A stretch of 62,340 nucleotides of DNA, filler included. It is 8 parts of 8 records of this genome, joined end to end, with 100 filler letters (N's around TTAATTAATTAA, not from the genome) between each part and the next. Parts side by side here need not be neighbours in the genome. Positions count along the whole stretch, not along the records: positions 6,547 to 15,451 come from SRR31147125_25369; positions 15,552 to 26,796 come from SRR31147125_25410; 6 more parts are not named here. One strand, given 5' to 3'. This document shows, in pieces, positions 9,143 through 20,232 of the stretch (positions are counted from its first letter, which is position 1; the number at the start of each line of letters is the position of its first letter). The notes under the pieces were generated by a model that worked only from the letters and a program-made list of their open reading frames with translations, did not search any database and had not been told where the DNA came from. The position numbers were made by a program, and so were the translations under genes.

Positions 9143-12100
9143 CTAACGATTACCCTTAACATACGTCACTCTACCGAGATTATCCCAAGCCAATATCATC
9201 CATTCAGCCTGTGAGGCGGGAGGTAAAACCACGTGTGCGGAATGACTTTTTGCTGCCGGACAATCGCAACTCTGCCAATTTTCCGTGCCCATGAGCCGAT
9301 AAAGCAGTTTGGCTGAAGATGTATTGTTTGTTTTAAAAAGGACTGTCAATTTTTGATCGGTACATTTTGATGTAATATCCGTGATGTAGAGCGGTTTGTC
9401 TTTTGCCAGGTCCGTGGCTGTTTTAATGAAATTCAATCTGGTAGATTGTGCCAGATCCATGTTTAAAGGACTATCTGCCACCTGCTTAATATCCTTTTGG
9501 ATTTGTTCCTGGAAAAGTTGTTTTTGTTCAGAATGTTGAGCTAATTTTTGCGTTAATCGGATGATCTGCCAGTCTTCAATACCTTGTCTGGAGGCTTCCC
9601 AACGTCTTGATGTGACTGGTGCATGAGCACCATTATACACCACTCCGCAATCCGCAAAAAAAGTACCACCAGAAAGAGGGCCATCATAATCATTCCAGGG
9701 ATCACCGCGCCAGGAATTATAGGCCCAGTAAAAGACACCATCCAATCCAAGGTTGGCTGCTTTCCATGGTTTGAGCAAGTGATAGTCATAAGCCGGTTGA
9801 GATTTCATGTTAATATTGCATGTATAGCAATACACCGGCTCGCCCAATGATTTATACGTTTTTAGCAGGTTTTCGCGGTTTTTGCTGTTTTGCAGCTCAT
9901 CCAGAGAGGGAATCCACACATCGATATAGGGATCCAGGCGTTTCACTTCGTTCTCCTTTTGCGTTCCATCCATGACTAATCGTACTTTTGGATCAATTTC
10001 CCGAAGCAGTTTGCAGCCTTTAACTGTAAAATCCAGCTCTTCTTCCAATGCTTCATCCCAGACTTGCACGCAGAAATCATCATATGTAAAACCAAGTTCT
10101 TTCAAGTGATTGAGCCAGTGTGAGTAGGTGTATGTAAAAGCCTTATCCCAGGCTGCATCACGATATTCAAAGCCATATTTTTTACCAATGTTCGTGTGAA
10201 AAGATTCCAACAGTCCATAGGAAAATAAAATTTGTCCATGTGCTTTTTTCGCGTATTTTTGTTTTATCCGCAGCATGCGGTCATAAGAGGAATAATCTAT
10301 TTCTCCCTTTGGATTGCCGTTTTTATCAAATTCCGGTGCCGGGAGATTTGTGTGAATGAGAAAGAAATTTACTTTATGATCGAATAAATCCTGTACGTAG
10401 GATTCTTCACTGGCATAATCCCAGTTATAAACAGCAAAATCCGGACTGGTCGATATTCGCAAAGGTTGAACTGAAATTTGAATTTTGACAATTTTCCCCC
10501 TGGCAACTGCTTTCATCTCATGAGTTCCAAGAGGTTTAAGATTCAATTCACATTCATACGTTCCTGGTGGCAGATCCTGAGCAGGTGTTGTTATCCAGAT
10601 TTGACGGCTTTCACCTACCGGGACATCCAGTCTGCCTGAAATTCCAAGTGGTAATAGTGGGTCTGCCATGGCTTTTCCTGTCACCACTTCCTGCCAATCA
10701 GCAAGAAAAAGCTCTGGTGAAACGCCGGCGAATTTGATTTTATCACCATTATCTGCTATCCAGGTAAAATCACTACTGCTGGCACGAAGTCGCAAGGGTT
10801 TGTTGGTGAGATTGGTAATGATTACATTGGATTGTTCATATTCGTTTAACAGAGAAGTTAGCTTTATAGTGGATATATCCTCAAACTGTGCCGGGAACTC
10901 ATGACGGCCCACATTTGCCCAGTTGTTTTTACTCCACAGGATCCATTTTTTTTGGTTTAATTTTATCTCTTCATCCTGAACTTTTTTATTCAGTAGCCGG
11001 TATTGTTCTGTGGTTAGTGATTTTTTCTGCTTTATACTTTGTGTTATAGCCTCAGTCAGCATGGCTTCGGAATCCCGGGCGCTTGCCAGGGCTGTTTGTA
11101 ATGTCTGCTTGAGTGGATTATCTTCTGTCAGAATATCCGGGGTGTCGATCAAGGCTGCCATGACGTGTTGTAATTTTTCAAGGGCTGGTGTATCACCAAT
11201 ATTACCCGGGAACACTCTTCGCCAGACTGGTCGTCCACTCATTTCTGCTGTCAGGATGACCTCTGTATCAGCCAATCCCAGTGGATAGGCAAAATCAACA
11301 GGTTTTTTGCTGCCTGGATTTATTTTATAGAATGGCCCGCCTGCTCCATAGAGTGTGCCTGCGTTATTATCCGGAAGTTCCAGTTGCACTCTGGCAGAAT
11401 TATAACCAGGTGCTGGCTTGAAGATTTGCATATCATGTTCAATGACGGGTTTCGACTCAAAGAGAATTCTTCCAAATCGGGTGGCATTTGTAAATGTTCC
11501 ATAAGTGGCATTCCAGGCAGAACGTTCAATTTCCACCTTGCGTTGTCGGGTAAAATTGATGGACCAGGAGTCTCCGGTTTTTGGAGTAGTGCCAAACTCA
11601 GACCATGGAATAGCCAGTTCAACGCCCCATTTCTGTTGCTCTTTGTTTTTAAATGTAGCCACGTCAAGTTGTGGATCCCATCCATAATTACTAAACCTGG
11701 AGTCACTGCTCAGACCGTTACTATTTAAAAGAATATGGTAAATTGAGATGTCGTTTGGTATTTGCAGCCAAATTTCAACACAATCATCCTGCCAGACACC
11801 ACGATCGCGCATGGTACGGTCAGCTACAAGTTTTTCAATATGAGGTTCATCGCATATAAAGGAGACATAAAGGTTTTCTTTATTATAAAAAACTTTTACT
11901 TTTGTTTGAGCTTTTGCAAAGCCATTACCCATGTTTTCAAGAAACGGAGTTATCTGCGCACAATGCTGCCATCCTGCATCGTTTAGCTTTCCGTCAATGA
12001 CAGGATTTGGTCCCTGACCAATTTGAACCAGGGGAACGGCGGCATAAAGTTCAAATCCCAGGAGCAGAATAAAATATAAACTATAGTAAATGGTGCGCAT
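9143..12100 (-). CDS. Secreted protein with N-terminal CBM9/DOMON-like sugar-binding domain and C-terminal DUF4091/GH123-like region
   Basis: Signal peptide from ATG 12100; PVIDGKLND..W, DDCVEIW, VELAIPW; later VWDEA, GVFYWAY, SRRWEASRQGIEDW. Confidence 0.65.
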   Translation of the reverse strand: MRTIYYSLYFILLLGFELYAAVPLVQIGQGPNPVIDGKLNDAGWQHCAQITPFLENMGNGFAKAQTKVKVFYNKENLYVSFICDEPHIEKLVADRTMRDRGVWQDDCVEIWLQIPNDISIYHILLNSNGLSSDSRFSNYGWDPQLDVATFKNKEQQKWGVELAIPWSEFGTTPKTGDSWSINFTRQRKVEIERSAWNATYGTFTNATRFGRILFESKPVIEHDMQIFKPAPGYNSARVQLELPDNNAGTLYGAGGPFYKINPGSKKPVDFAYPLGLADTEVILTAEMSGRPVWRRVFPGNIGDTPALEKLQHVMAALIDTPDILTEDNPLKQTLQTALASARDSEAMLTEAITQSIKQKKSLTTEQYRLLNKKVQDEEIKLNQKKWILWSKNNWANVGRHEFPAQFEDISTIKLTSLLNEYEQSNVIITNLTNKPLRLRASSSDFTWIADNGDKIKFAGVSPELFLADWQEVVTGKAMADPLLPLGISGRLDVPVGESRQIWITTPAQDLPPGTYECELNLKPLGTHEMKAVARGKIVKIQISVQPLRISTSPDFAVYNWDYASEESYVQDLFDHKVNFFLIHTNLPAPEFDKNGNPKGEIDYSSYDRMLRIKQKYAKKAHGQILFSYGLLESFHTNIGKKYGFEYRDAAWDKAFTYTYSHWLNHLKELGFTYDDFCVQVWDEALEEELDFTVKGCKLLREIDPKVRLVMDGTQKENEVKRLDPYIDVWIPSLDELQNSKNRENLLKTYKSLGEPVYCYTCNINMKSQPAYDYHLLKPWKAANLGLDGVFYWAYNSWRGDPWNDYDGPLSGGTFFADCGVVYNGAHAPVTSRRWEASRQGIEDWQIIRLTQKLAQHSEQKQLFQEQIQKDIKQVADSPLNMDLAQSTRLNFIKTATDLAKDKPLYITDITSKCTDQKLTVLFKTNNTSSAKLLYRLMGTENWQSCDCPAAKSHSAHVVLPPASQAEWMILAWDNLGRVTYVKGNR

Positions 12101-12542
12101 GGTGGATCCTTCCGAGTTTTTTAATTTAATAGAGTAAATAGAATAATCTAATTTATTTAACTGGACTTTAGACAACATTCTCCCAAGATGGCGGGTGGCT
12201 TTAGAAACGGTAATTAATAAAGCCTGAAGTGTCTTTGCGATTAATTGATTCGGGAAAAAACAAATGGATTGTTATATAGTATACAATTGTAGGGAAAATA
12301 TCAAGATAGAATACTAATTGTTTTTATGTATTGTCAGCAGGTATTTTTTTAGTGTTGATATAATCCGTCTTTGCGATACAAAAAGCAGAATTTCCTGTGA
12401 ACGAGTGAGAATGGATATAAAATCAGTGGTAATGACCTTAATTGTTACTTCAACCGTTTTATTCCTTCTGTAACCGCGGCAAAACGATCAAAATTTACGA
12501 CCGGACCACTCACTTTAAACGTCATGTTAAAATGAGGAAAAA

Positions 12543-13274
12543 TTAATCTACTTTTAGATTGGAGAGCAATTTTTTTAAATAAAAAAGCTCCTGCAAGACA
12601 CTTTTAAAATGTTTTAAAGCTGATAATCGACTGTCCCGATCGGCAGTCCAGTCAATTGGGAATTCCAATATACGAAAACCATGTTTTTGGGCGCGTAAAA
12701 TTATTTCCACATCAAATAAAAATCCATCTGTGTTGCATTGTTTATATAAGCGTCTTGCAATATCTCCTTTGTATATTTTAAATCCGCATTGTGTATCGGT
12801 CAAATAGGGCGGTATTTTTAACCAATATAGTAGAATACTTTTAATGATTTTACTCGAGAGTTTTCTGGACCAGCTTTGTTGAATATGGATGATACTGTCT
12901 TTGAGTTTTCTGGATCCATGGGCGATATCGGATTGATCGCTTTTGATTAAAGATAGGCCGTCCAACACTTTTTTGTATGGGACGCACAACCCACTGTCAG
13001 CAAACATGACATAATGACCTTTTGACGATTCAATACCCTTTTTAACAGCAAATCCCTTGCCGCGATGTTGCTCGTAACGAATCACATTTAGCGCTATGTC
13101 CTCTGGCATTGGAACCTGTTGAGCGACGATGGCTGTATTATCCTGACTGCCGTCATCGACAACAATAATTTCACCTGCCATGTGATTGTTTTTCATAAAC
13201 GCTGAAGCTGCCTCGATATCCAATTCGATTTTTTTGCTTTCGTCATATGCGGGTATTACAATTGAAATGTCCAT
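12543..13274 (-). CDS. GT2 glycosyltransferase (polyprenyl-phosphate glycosyltransferase-like)
   Basis: ISIVIPAYDE, VVDDGSQD, GKGFAV, DTQCGFK, FLFDVE. Confidence 0.9.
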   Translation of the reverse strand: MDISIVIPAYDESKKIELDIEAASAFMKNNHMAGEIIVVDDGSQDNTAIVAQQVPMPEDIALNVIRYEQHRGKGFAVKKGIESSKGHYVMFADSGLCVPYKKVLDGLSLIKSDQSDIAHGSRKLKDSIIHIQQSWSRKLSSKIIKSILLYWLKIPPYLTDTQCGFKIYKGDIARRLYKQCNTDGFLFDVEIILRAQKHGFRILEFPIDWTADRDSRLSALKHFKSVLQELFYLKKLLSNLKVD

Positions 13275-13345
13275 GAAAGTTATGCTTGCCAGGTTAAAAT
13301 GTGATAATTGTTTGTGGATGGGGATTTACATAACGCGTGGTTCAA

Positions 13346-14317
13346 CTAAAAGAAATTACTTTCAATTTTACCCCAATTCCCACACTGAATAACGTCGTTT
13401 TTATGCTCTTGTGAGCGGATAACCAACGCCTGTGTTTCCGGATTTAAATCACAATAATGATGAATTTCTTCCAAACTCATTACCATAAAAGCGGTGGATA
13501 GAGCATCACTTTCTGCTGCTGTTAGTGAAAAAGCCCATGCCGCAAGGTGTTCTTCCACAGGATAGCCAGTTCGGGGGTTGATAATGTGCTGACCTTTGCG
13601 TAATCCTGAACCACTAAAAGCCTGATTTTGCAGATAGATATAGGCTATTAATTGATTGTGCTTGCCTGGATGACTTGTCGTTATTGGCCAGCCAGGTTTT
13701 CCTTTTGGGGGTTCAAGGGCCATAACAGAACTTTGGCCACCATGTATCAGCGCTTGTTCAATGTCCCATTCGATAAAAAGCTCGGCGATTTGGTCCAGCG
13801 CATAACCTTTAGCAAATCCACCCAGATCAATTCGAATTGAATCAGATAGTATCTTAACTGTATAGTTTTCCGGATCTAATTCCACATGTTTCATGCCAAC
13901 AGCTGAACAAGCCAGATCAATTTCTTCTTTTGACGGATTTTGTGGTGTTTTATCTGTGTTCAACCAACAGTCCATTAACGGGCCAATCGTCACATCAAAA
14001 GCTCCACCAGTACGTTCGTAAAGTGCTGCACATTGTTGCAAACATTCAAATGCAGGTAATCCGACACGTATGGATTGATTTGATTCCAGACTGTTAATCC
14101 TGGCAATATCGCTGTTTTCAATAAACTTGGAAAGGTCTTCTTCAAGTTGATCTATTTCTTTAAAGGCTTCCCAAGATGCCTGTTCAGCATAAGCTGGATC
14201 TTCATGTATGATAAATACCTCAAAAATGGTTGCCATAGCTTTATGGGTAAAACGTAAAGTGCCAGGCGGTAATGTGTTACTTTGAGGTGATGGATTTGCG
14301 GAATTAGAATGTTCCAT
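13346..14317 (-). CDS. apbE: FAD:protein FMN transferase (ApbE family), no evident signal peptide
   Basis: GAFDVTIGPL, DLGGFAKGY, HIINPRTGYP, DALSTAF. Confidence 0.9.
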   Translation of the reverse strand: MEHSNSANPSPQSNTLPPGTLRFTHKAMATIFEVFIIHEDPAYAEQASWEAFKEIDQLEEDLSKFIENSDIARINSLESNQSIRVGLPAFECLQQCAALYERTGGAFDVTIGPLMDCWLNTDKTPQNPSKEEIDLACSAVGMKHVELDPENYTVKILSDSIRIDLGGFAKGYALDQIAELFIEWDIEQALIHGGQSSVMALEPPKGKPGWPITTSHPGKHNQLIAYIYLQNQAFSGSGLRKGQHIINPRTGYPVEEHLAAWAFSLTAAESDALSTAFMVMSLEEIHHYCDLNPETQALVIRSQEHKNDVIQCGNWGKIESNFF

Positions 14318-14351
14318 TTTAACTCAAACTGTGTTTGGAATAAAAATATTG

Positions 14352-15451
14352 TTACTGATTTTGCATAAAACTGTCCCATAAATCTTTCACAACATAACCT
14401 CGTAATTCGATGTTAGGTCGTAATTCGGTAACAGTATCAAAGAGGGGCAAGTATAGATTTTTTTCTCCCGGAGGAGGTAATTCATACAGTTTTGTTAACA
14501 CATCCGGCTCTACTTTTGGCGATGCAATGATAATGGATCCCGGAGATATGTTCATGTCAACTGCGTTCCACCATCCAACATTGGGATAGGCGCGTAAATA
14601 CCAGGGAAGTGGCCAGTAATCACCACCCGGACAAATAACTTCAATGAACATATTTTTTCCCTGTGGATGCACAAGGGAATAGTCATCTATTCTTTCAGCG
14701 ATATCGATAATATCCTTAACCGGATGAGCATAGACATATGGATTTGACGGACTTGCCTCATACTTGAAATTTAGAAGAAAAGTCTGCCAACCAAGATGAG
14801 AGATACCGGTAAAAAGAACAATAAGGGATATTGTTTTTAAATGTCTGGTGCTGATCTTTTTGAAAAAGGTCACAATACCAATGGCTGCCAGCAAAATGAA
14901 TCCATGAAAAAATCCTAACATGCTCCAGGGTGTTTTGTAGGGAATGGCGGAATAAATCAGGACCATGATAATGGAATAAAATGCAATAAAACGAACCAGG
15001 CCTTTATCGGCACCGCCTGGATTTTTACGCCGGATTGATACGATAGCACCATAAACAGCACATAAAACAATAAAGGCTTCGCTAAACAGGGGCCCCGGAT
15101 TTTTAAAATAGACAAGAAGTTTTATATAGTAATACCAGGGGTGAATATGCCAATCATTATGCCCGGCTCTATTGAGATAGGTTGAATACGTCAGAAACGA
15201 ATCAAGGATCCCTTTGGGATTGGTAAAAAAGGACGAAAAGAACAGGGCTGATACAAATAAACCAGCAACGATAACCATTAAAAAATGTAATGGATTTAAT
15301 TTCTTTACATTTTTAAAAAGAGAATTGTTCCATTGGCTAACAACAAGAGCCAGTACAAAAGATCCATAGGCAATTATACAGGTTTCTTTTGTTGCGTGCA
15401 TGAGGCCGAGGAAAAGCCCGGTCGAGATAGCCCACATGAAATGAGGTTTTT
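14352..15451 (-). CDS. GT-C-type membrane glycosyltransferase-like protein (TIGR03663/Agl23-like), 5'-truncated
   Basis: Multi-pass membrane; ATKE, HPWYYY, YSAIPYKTPW, YWPLPWYLR. Confidence 0.7.
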
Positions 15452-15551
15452 NNNNNNNNNNNNNNNNNNNNNNNNNNNNNNNNNNNNNNNNNNNNTTAAT
15501 TAATTAANNNNNNNNNNNNNNNNNNNNNNNNNNNNNNNNNNNNNNNNNNNN

Positions 15552-16502
15552 GAAGAGTTGATCAATAATTTAAAAAATGAATTTCCAGATCGCAGGCAAC
15601 CTAGCTATATGGTATGCTATCGCAATCCGAACAGAAGTGTGAGGTTTAACAGTTATAGCAAAGAAGATGGGTTGCGTATGGTATATATGGACCCGTATAC
15701 CGGTGAGATATTAAAAGATGATGGAACAATTAATTTTTTCTATGTGTTGGCTCATTTACATAATTCTTTGTTAATGCACGATGTTGGCCCGTGGATAATT
15801 GATGTCGCCACCATAATTTTTATTATTGCATTAATTACGGGATTGGTACTGTGGTGGCCAAAAAAGTGGGACAAGAAAAACAAGAATGCCGCATTTACAA
15901 TTAAGTGGAAAGCTTCAAAAAAGCGATTAAATTTCGACTTGCATAAAGTTTTCGGGTTTTACGCTTTGGGAATCTGTTTGGTAATTTCCATTACCGGATT
16001 GTTAATTGCGTTTAAACCATTTGCGTCTTTTACAAAAAATGCATTTGGTGGAAATGCAGAGATTCAAATGAAAAACGTTCTGGTAAAATCAGAAAAGGAT
16101 ACATTAAGTTCGTTAATTCCTATAAATGATGTAATTGACAAAGCTTTTGTATCATACCCTTCGAAACAACAACTAAAACTGATAACTTACCGATTACATG
16201 AATGGGATTATTATTCAATTATAATGGCCAATAAAATTGGTATTAAAAGTGCCATGAATGCTGAATATTTAGCCTACGATAAAATTACAGGTTCGCCTTA
16301 TACTTTTCCGGAAGAATTAATTGTTAACGAAAGGGTTGAAGATATATACTGGAGCTTGCATTTGGGAAATTACATGGGATTGTTTGGAAAAACATTAACC
16401 TTTCTGGGCGGATTAATAGCATCTATGTTAACAGTTACCGGATTTGTAATTTTGTTAAATAAGCAGAAAGGAAAAAAGAACCGTAGAAAAAATGCAAACT
16501 AA
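15552..16502 (+). CDS. PepSY-associated TM helix protein, 5'-truncated
   Basis: VYMDPYTGEIL, LHNSL, ITGLVLWWPK, DLHKVFG, SLHLG. Confidence 0.9.
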   Translation, partial: EELINNLKNEFPDRRQPSYMVCYRNPNRSVRFNSYSKEDGLRMVYMDPYTGEILKDDGTINFFYVLAHLHNSLLMHDVGPWIIDVATIIFIIALITGLVLWWPKKWDKKNKNAAFTIKWKASKKRLNFDLHKVFGFYALGICLVISITGLLIAFKPFASFTKNAFGGNAEIQMKNVLVKSEKDTLSSLIPINDVIDKAFVSYPSKQQLKLITYRLHEWDYYSIIMANKIGIKSAMNAEYLAYDKITGSPYTFPEELIVNERVEDIYWSLHLGNYMGLFGKTLTFLGGLIASMLTVTGFVILLNKQKGKKNRRKNAN

Positions 16503-16528
16503 CATCGTTTTTAACTTAAATAAAATCG

Positions 16529-16568
16529 AAAAAAACTCTGAACATATCAAAAGTTCAGAGTTTTTTTT
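16529..16568. terminator. Bidirectional intrinsic terminator
   Basis: A-run, CTCTGAAC, 9-nt loop, GTTCAGAG, T8, between convergent genes. Confidence 0.85.
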
Positions 16569-16597
16569 GTTATTAATCTATTATGATACTAAAAAGG

Positions 16598-17860
16598 CTA
16601 TTCGTCTTCAGTAGCTTTTAAAATTCCAACGGCTTTTACACCTTCCGCAATTACTTGCGATAATTTAGTTGATGCATAAGTCGATGGGTCAATGGCATAA
16701 ATAAAGTTTTTATTATCAGAAGTAACAATTGGTACCAACAATACACTTTCAGTTTTGTCGATAAATGGCGTGCCAACAGAGAAAGGATCGTCTTCTATGC
16801 CAGAAGCAGTAGGGAAACCAGTTACCCAGTTAAATGTTTTTGCTGCAACATCAACAACTGCAAAACGGTCGGCATCAACTCCAAATGAAGCTTTCGAATC
16901 TTTTCCCGGATACATTTTCAGCACAAAAGTAGTACCTCCCATATAAAATGTCCTGAAAAGGTTGTAACCGCCAGATGCATCTGTTATGTTGAAGAAATAG
17001 TCGTCGTCAAAGTCGAATTCGCCTTGGTTAATTTTTAAAACACCAGAAGGCATTGTAGCGGTATCAACGTAATTGGTTATACCAGAAGAAAATACATATA
17101 AGTCTCCGCTTTCAACAACTTCAAGTCCCGTTTCGCCTTGCGAATATTTTTGCCCGGCAACAAAACCAGTCCTACCTTCATCTTTAATAACTTGCTTAAC
17201 AGTATAATCAGAATTAAAAACAACCACGTAGGTATTATTATAATATTCTGAAGTAAATGAACTTGAAGAAATACTCCGTGCACCCGCAATCATATATCCC
17301 TCATAAAACGAAATATCTGTAAAATACGCAGCTTCGCCATCTTCCAATAAATCGTCGGTTACTACATTGTACAACGTTGAAGCATCTGTTACAGGATCTA
17401 CTTCATAGAAATAACCTTTTTGTGCTACCGTAGTGTCTCTGAGCCTGTCAGTATAAGCGATAACTAGTTTATCATCGACAATCCCCCGGGTTTGAATCCC
17501 TACCTCCAGAGAAATTTCGTTTCTTCTCTCAATGGTTCCATCGCTTTTTAATATATACGAGGCAGTTAACCCAGCTTCGGTTTGATTATAAACAAAGCCA
17601 TAAACTACTTCATCTCCATAAAATGTCCAGGTTCTGTCGCCTACAGCCTGTAACGCAAGTGCAGATGTTGCATCGTAATTACTGTCAGCAGCAATTGCGT
17701 TTCCAGTAACCAGGTAATCGTTTTCACCAGAAGTGGCGGCAACAATATACTTTTGTTTTACATCGTCTTCACCGTCTTTTGGATCATCTTTTTCGCAAGA
17801 TACCAATGAAAATATTGCCAATGCAGCAAATAATTTTAAGAATAGATTTGTTGATTTCAT
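16598..17860 (-). CDS. DUF4374-like surface lipoprotein
   Basis: Lipobox LVSC after ATG 17860; GDLYVFS and FDDDYFFNI; directly downstream of a TonB receptor. Confidence 0.75.
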   Translation of the reverse strand: MKSTNLFLKLFAALAIFSLVSCEKDDPKDGEDDVKQKYIVAATSGENDYLVTGNAIAADSNYDATSALALQAVGDRTWTFYGDEVVYGFVYNQTEAGLTASYILKSDGTIERRNEISLEVGIQTRGIVDDKLVIAYTDRLRDTTVAQKGYFYEVDPVTDASTLYNVVTDDLLEDGEAAYFTDISFYEGYMIAGARSISSSSFTSEYYNNTYVVVFNSDYTVKQVIKDEGRTGFVAGQKYSQGETGLEVVESGDLYVFSSGITNYVDTATMPSGVLKINQGEFDFDDDYFFNITDASGGYNLFRTFYMGGTTFVLKMYPGKDSKASFGVDADRFAVVDVAAKTFNWVTGFPTASGIEDDPFSVGTPFIDKTESVLLVPIVTSDNKNFIYAIDPSTYASTKLSQVIAEGVKAVGILKATEDE

Positions 17861-17874
17861 ATCTGTTATTTTGA

Positions 17875-20232
17875 TTAATTTTTGTGAAAATAGAATCTGA
17901 ATTTCGCTGAAAAACTCCTTCCGGGTTTTTGCAGGGTGAAATTGTCGTATAATTTCGCGTCGAAAATATTTTTGCAACCTAACGATATATTGTAGGTTCC
18001 CTGTTTCCATGAATATACAATGCTAACATTGTGACTCCATTGGGTGGGTATCGATTCTGCTGCCCGGTAATTGGACCAATCGTTCATAAATTCTTTAATG
18101 TATTGCAGGTTGTAGGTCAGGCTCATTTTACTTTCTTTTATACCTAGATCGTTAATAAAATAGGTCGCATCGGCGTTTCCAAAGAAATTAGGTTGATTGG
18201 GAACAATAGACTTATATAAAGATGCGTGGTAATTAGTTGTATCGTAATTCATTGGTTTTTGATACGATATATTTCCCCCGCATGTAAACCGGTTAGCGTA
18301 AGAATATCGAATTTCAGCATCAATTCCTGTTGTTCTTACTAACGATATATTTTCATATGTTTGTTCTCCTTCATTACGGTCAACATTTCTCTTGATGAAG
18401 TCGGAGGTGTTTCTGTAAAATAAATTTACATCAGCATTCAGAAAATTTCTTCTATTGAGTGGCTGGTTTAAATTAAATCCGATATTGAAATTTTGGCTTG
18501 ATTCAGGTTTTAAATTAACATTTATGATCGGTTCAAGAAATGGCAATCCGAATAATTCTTCGCTTACGGGCATCCGGTGTGTTAATTCGAAATTTGCCTT
18601 TAATTGTAGGTTGTTGTTAACAAAATAGGTTGTTGTAAATCCATACCCCCATTTTGATCTACGTTGTGTAATTTCCACATAATTATCTCCGTCGTTTATT
18701 GTTGTGTCCATATGGGCAGAAGCCTTAAACGAATACATCTTCGCGAATATTGATGTACTTAACTGGCTGCTAAAATCGCTGTTTAAGCTAATACCTAAAA
18801 TATTTCGGTTGTTCACCTGTGGGTGTTGATTCATAAAATCATCATTCACAGCCCTGTCATCCCCTTCACGGGATAAGAAATTTGTGACATTGTTAACGGT
18901 AATTCTTTGATTTTTTAGAAGTCTGTAGTTTATGTTGGCGTTTATGGTACCGTTGTTATCTTTATACAAATAATCAGAATGTTGCATTTCTCCCTTGGTA
19001 GGGTTAGCAACGGAAAAAGTATCTATCTCGCCAAGCCAGTTGTAATCAAGGAGTGAAGTGTCAACATTGTGCCCGTTTCCTAAATTAAAATTTGCTGCCA
19101 GCTTTATATCAAGGTTTTCAATAAAAAGATTCTCTTTTGAGTACAAAAAAGATGGCATAACAGTGGTTGAGGTGTAAAATTTTTCTCCAAATACATTGTT
19201 GATATATGCCGGGTGTTGTATATCACGGTATTCTTGCCCAAGTGTAAAACCAAACAGGAGTTGGTCGGCAAATGGTTTATTAACAAATCCGATTTTAGCA
19301 ATGGCGGTTTCGTTGTGGTACGTGTCATGAAAACGTCGTACATGTTGTTCTTCTTTTGAAGTCAACCGCGTGCTAAAATCTACAACATATACATCTACAA
19401 AGTAATTGTTGTCAGAATAATTCTGATAAGCACTTAATTGTACAGTGAAACCATTTTTTGAAGTATGTCCGGCATTTAAAAAAGTTAAATGTGTATTAAA
19501 GGAACCGTAAGAATATGATGCATCTACATAGGTTCCGGGTGTTTTTTTTGTAACAATATTTACGGCACCCCCTAAAGCATCTGAACCAAAATTAACAGGC
19601 ACAACACCTTTATAAACTTCTATTCGTTCTGCCATATTAACCGGGAGGTTGTTTAGCTGAAAAGCTGAGCTCATCGCATCCATGGGCATACCATCAATAA
19701 AAAAGCGAACATGGCGGCCACTTAACCCATTAATGGTTACATTGCTGTTAGAACCTAATCCACCTTCCTGGTTTATCTTCACTCCAGGAGTGCGATCCAG
19801 TACCTGCGATAAATTTACTGTTGCATTATGATAAGGTGTCGCATCAATGGCTACCACATTGAACCCCGTTTCTTCGACCAGGCGTACATTTGATTTTCCA
19901 ATAATCACAGCATCATCAAGGGTAGTTAATGGATCGGCTTTCAGAACGATGTTTAGTTCTTTTGTTGTATTTGGCTTAAGATCTATTGTAAATTCTTGTT
20001 TTAAATAACCTATGTAGGAGAATACTATGGTTTTCTTACCATGTGATAAGGTAAGTTCGTAATAACCGTTATTATTTGAATAAGTAGCATTACTCGTGTT
20101 TTTTTCGTGGATTGTAGCAGATATTAACGCTTCTCCGTTATCATCACGAATTATTCCTTTTACTGTTGTATTCTGGCCAAGTAATTCTGCAATGGACAAA
20201 ACTGTTAATACTAAGACAATGCCTACCCTCAT
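17875..20232 (-). CDS. TonB-dependent receptor
   Basis: CarboxypepD-like N-terminus, plug ERIEVYKG...DALGGAVNIVT, C-terminal QKPGRSFSAKFRF. Confidence 0.92.
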   Translation of the reverse strand: MRVGIVLVLTVLSIAELLGQNTTVKGIIRDDNGEALISATIHEKNTSNATYSNNNGYYELTLSHGKKTIVFSYIGYLKQEFTIDLKPNTTKELNIVLKADPLTTLDDAVIIGKSNVRLVEETGFNVVAIDATPYHNATVNLSQVLDRTPGVKINQEGGLGSNSNVTINGLSGRHVRFFIDGMPMDAMSSAFQLNNLPVNMAERIEVYKGVVPVNFGSDALGGAVNIVTKKTPGTYVDASYSYGSFNTHLTFLNAGHTSKNGFTVQLSAYQNYSDNNYFVDVYVVDFSTRLTSKEEQHVRRFHDTYHNETAIAKIGFVNKPFADQLLFGFTLGQEYRDIQHPAYINNVFGEKFYTSTTVMPSFLYSKENLFIENLDIKLAANFNLGNGHNVDTSLLDYNWLGEIDTFSVANPTKGEMQHSDYLYKDNNGTINANINYRLLKNQRITVNNVTNFLSREGDDRAVNDDFMNQHPQVNNRNILGISLNSDFSSQLSTSIFAKMYSFKASAHMDTTINDGDNYVEITQRRSKWGYGFTTTYFVNNNLQLKANFELTHRMPVSEELFGLPFLEPIINVNLKPESSQNFNIGFNLNQPLNRRNFLNADVNLFYRNTSDFIKRNVDRNEGEQTYENISLVRTTGIDAEIRYSYANRFTCGGNISYQKPMNYDTTNYHASLYKSIVPNQPNFFGNADATYFINDLGIKESKMSLTYNLQYIKEFMNDWSNYRAAESIPTQWSHNVSIVYSWKQGTYNISLGCKNIFDAKLYDNFTLQKPGRSFSAKFRFYFHKN

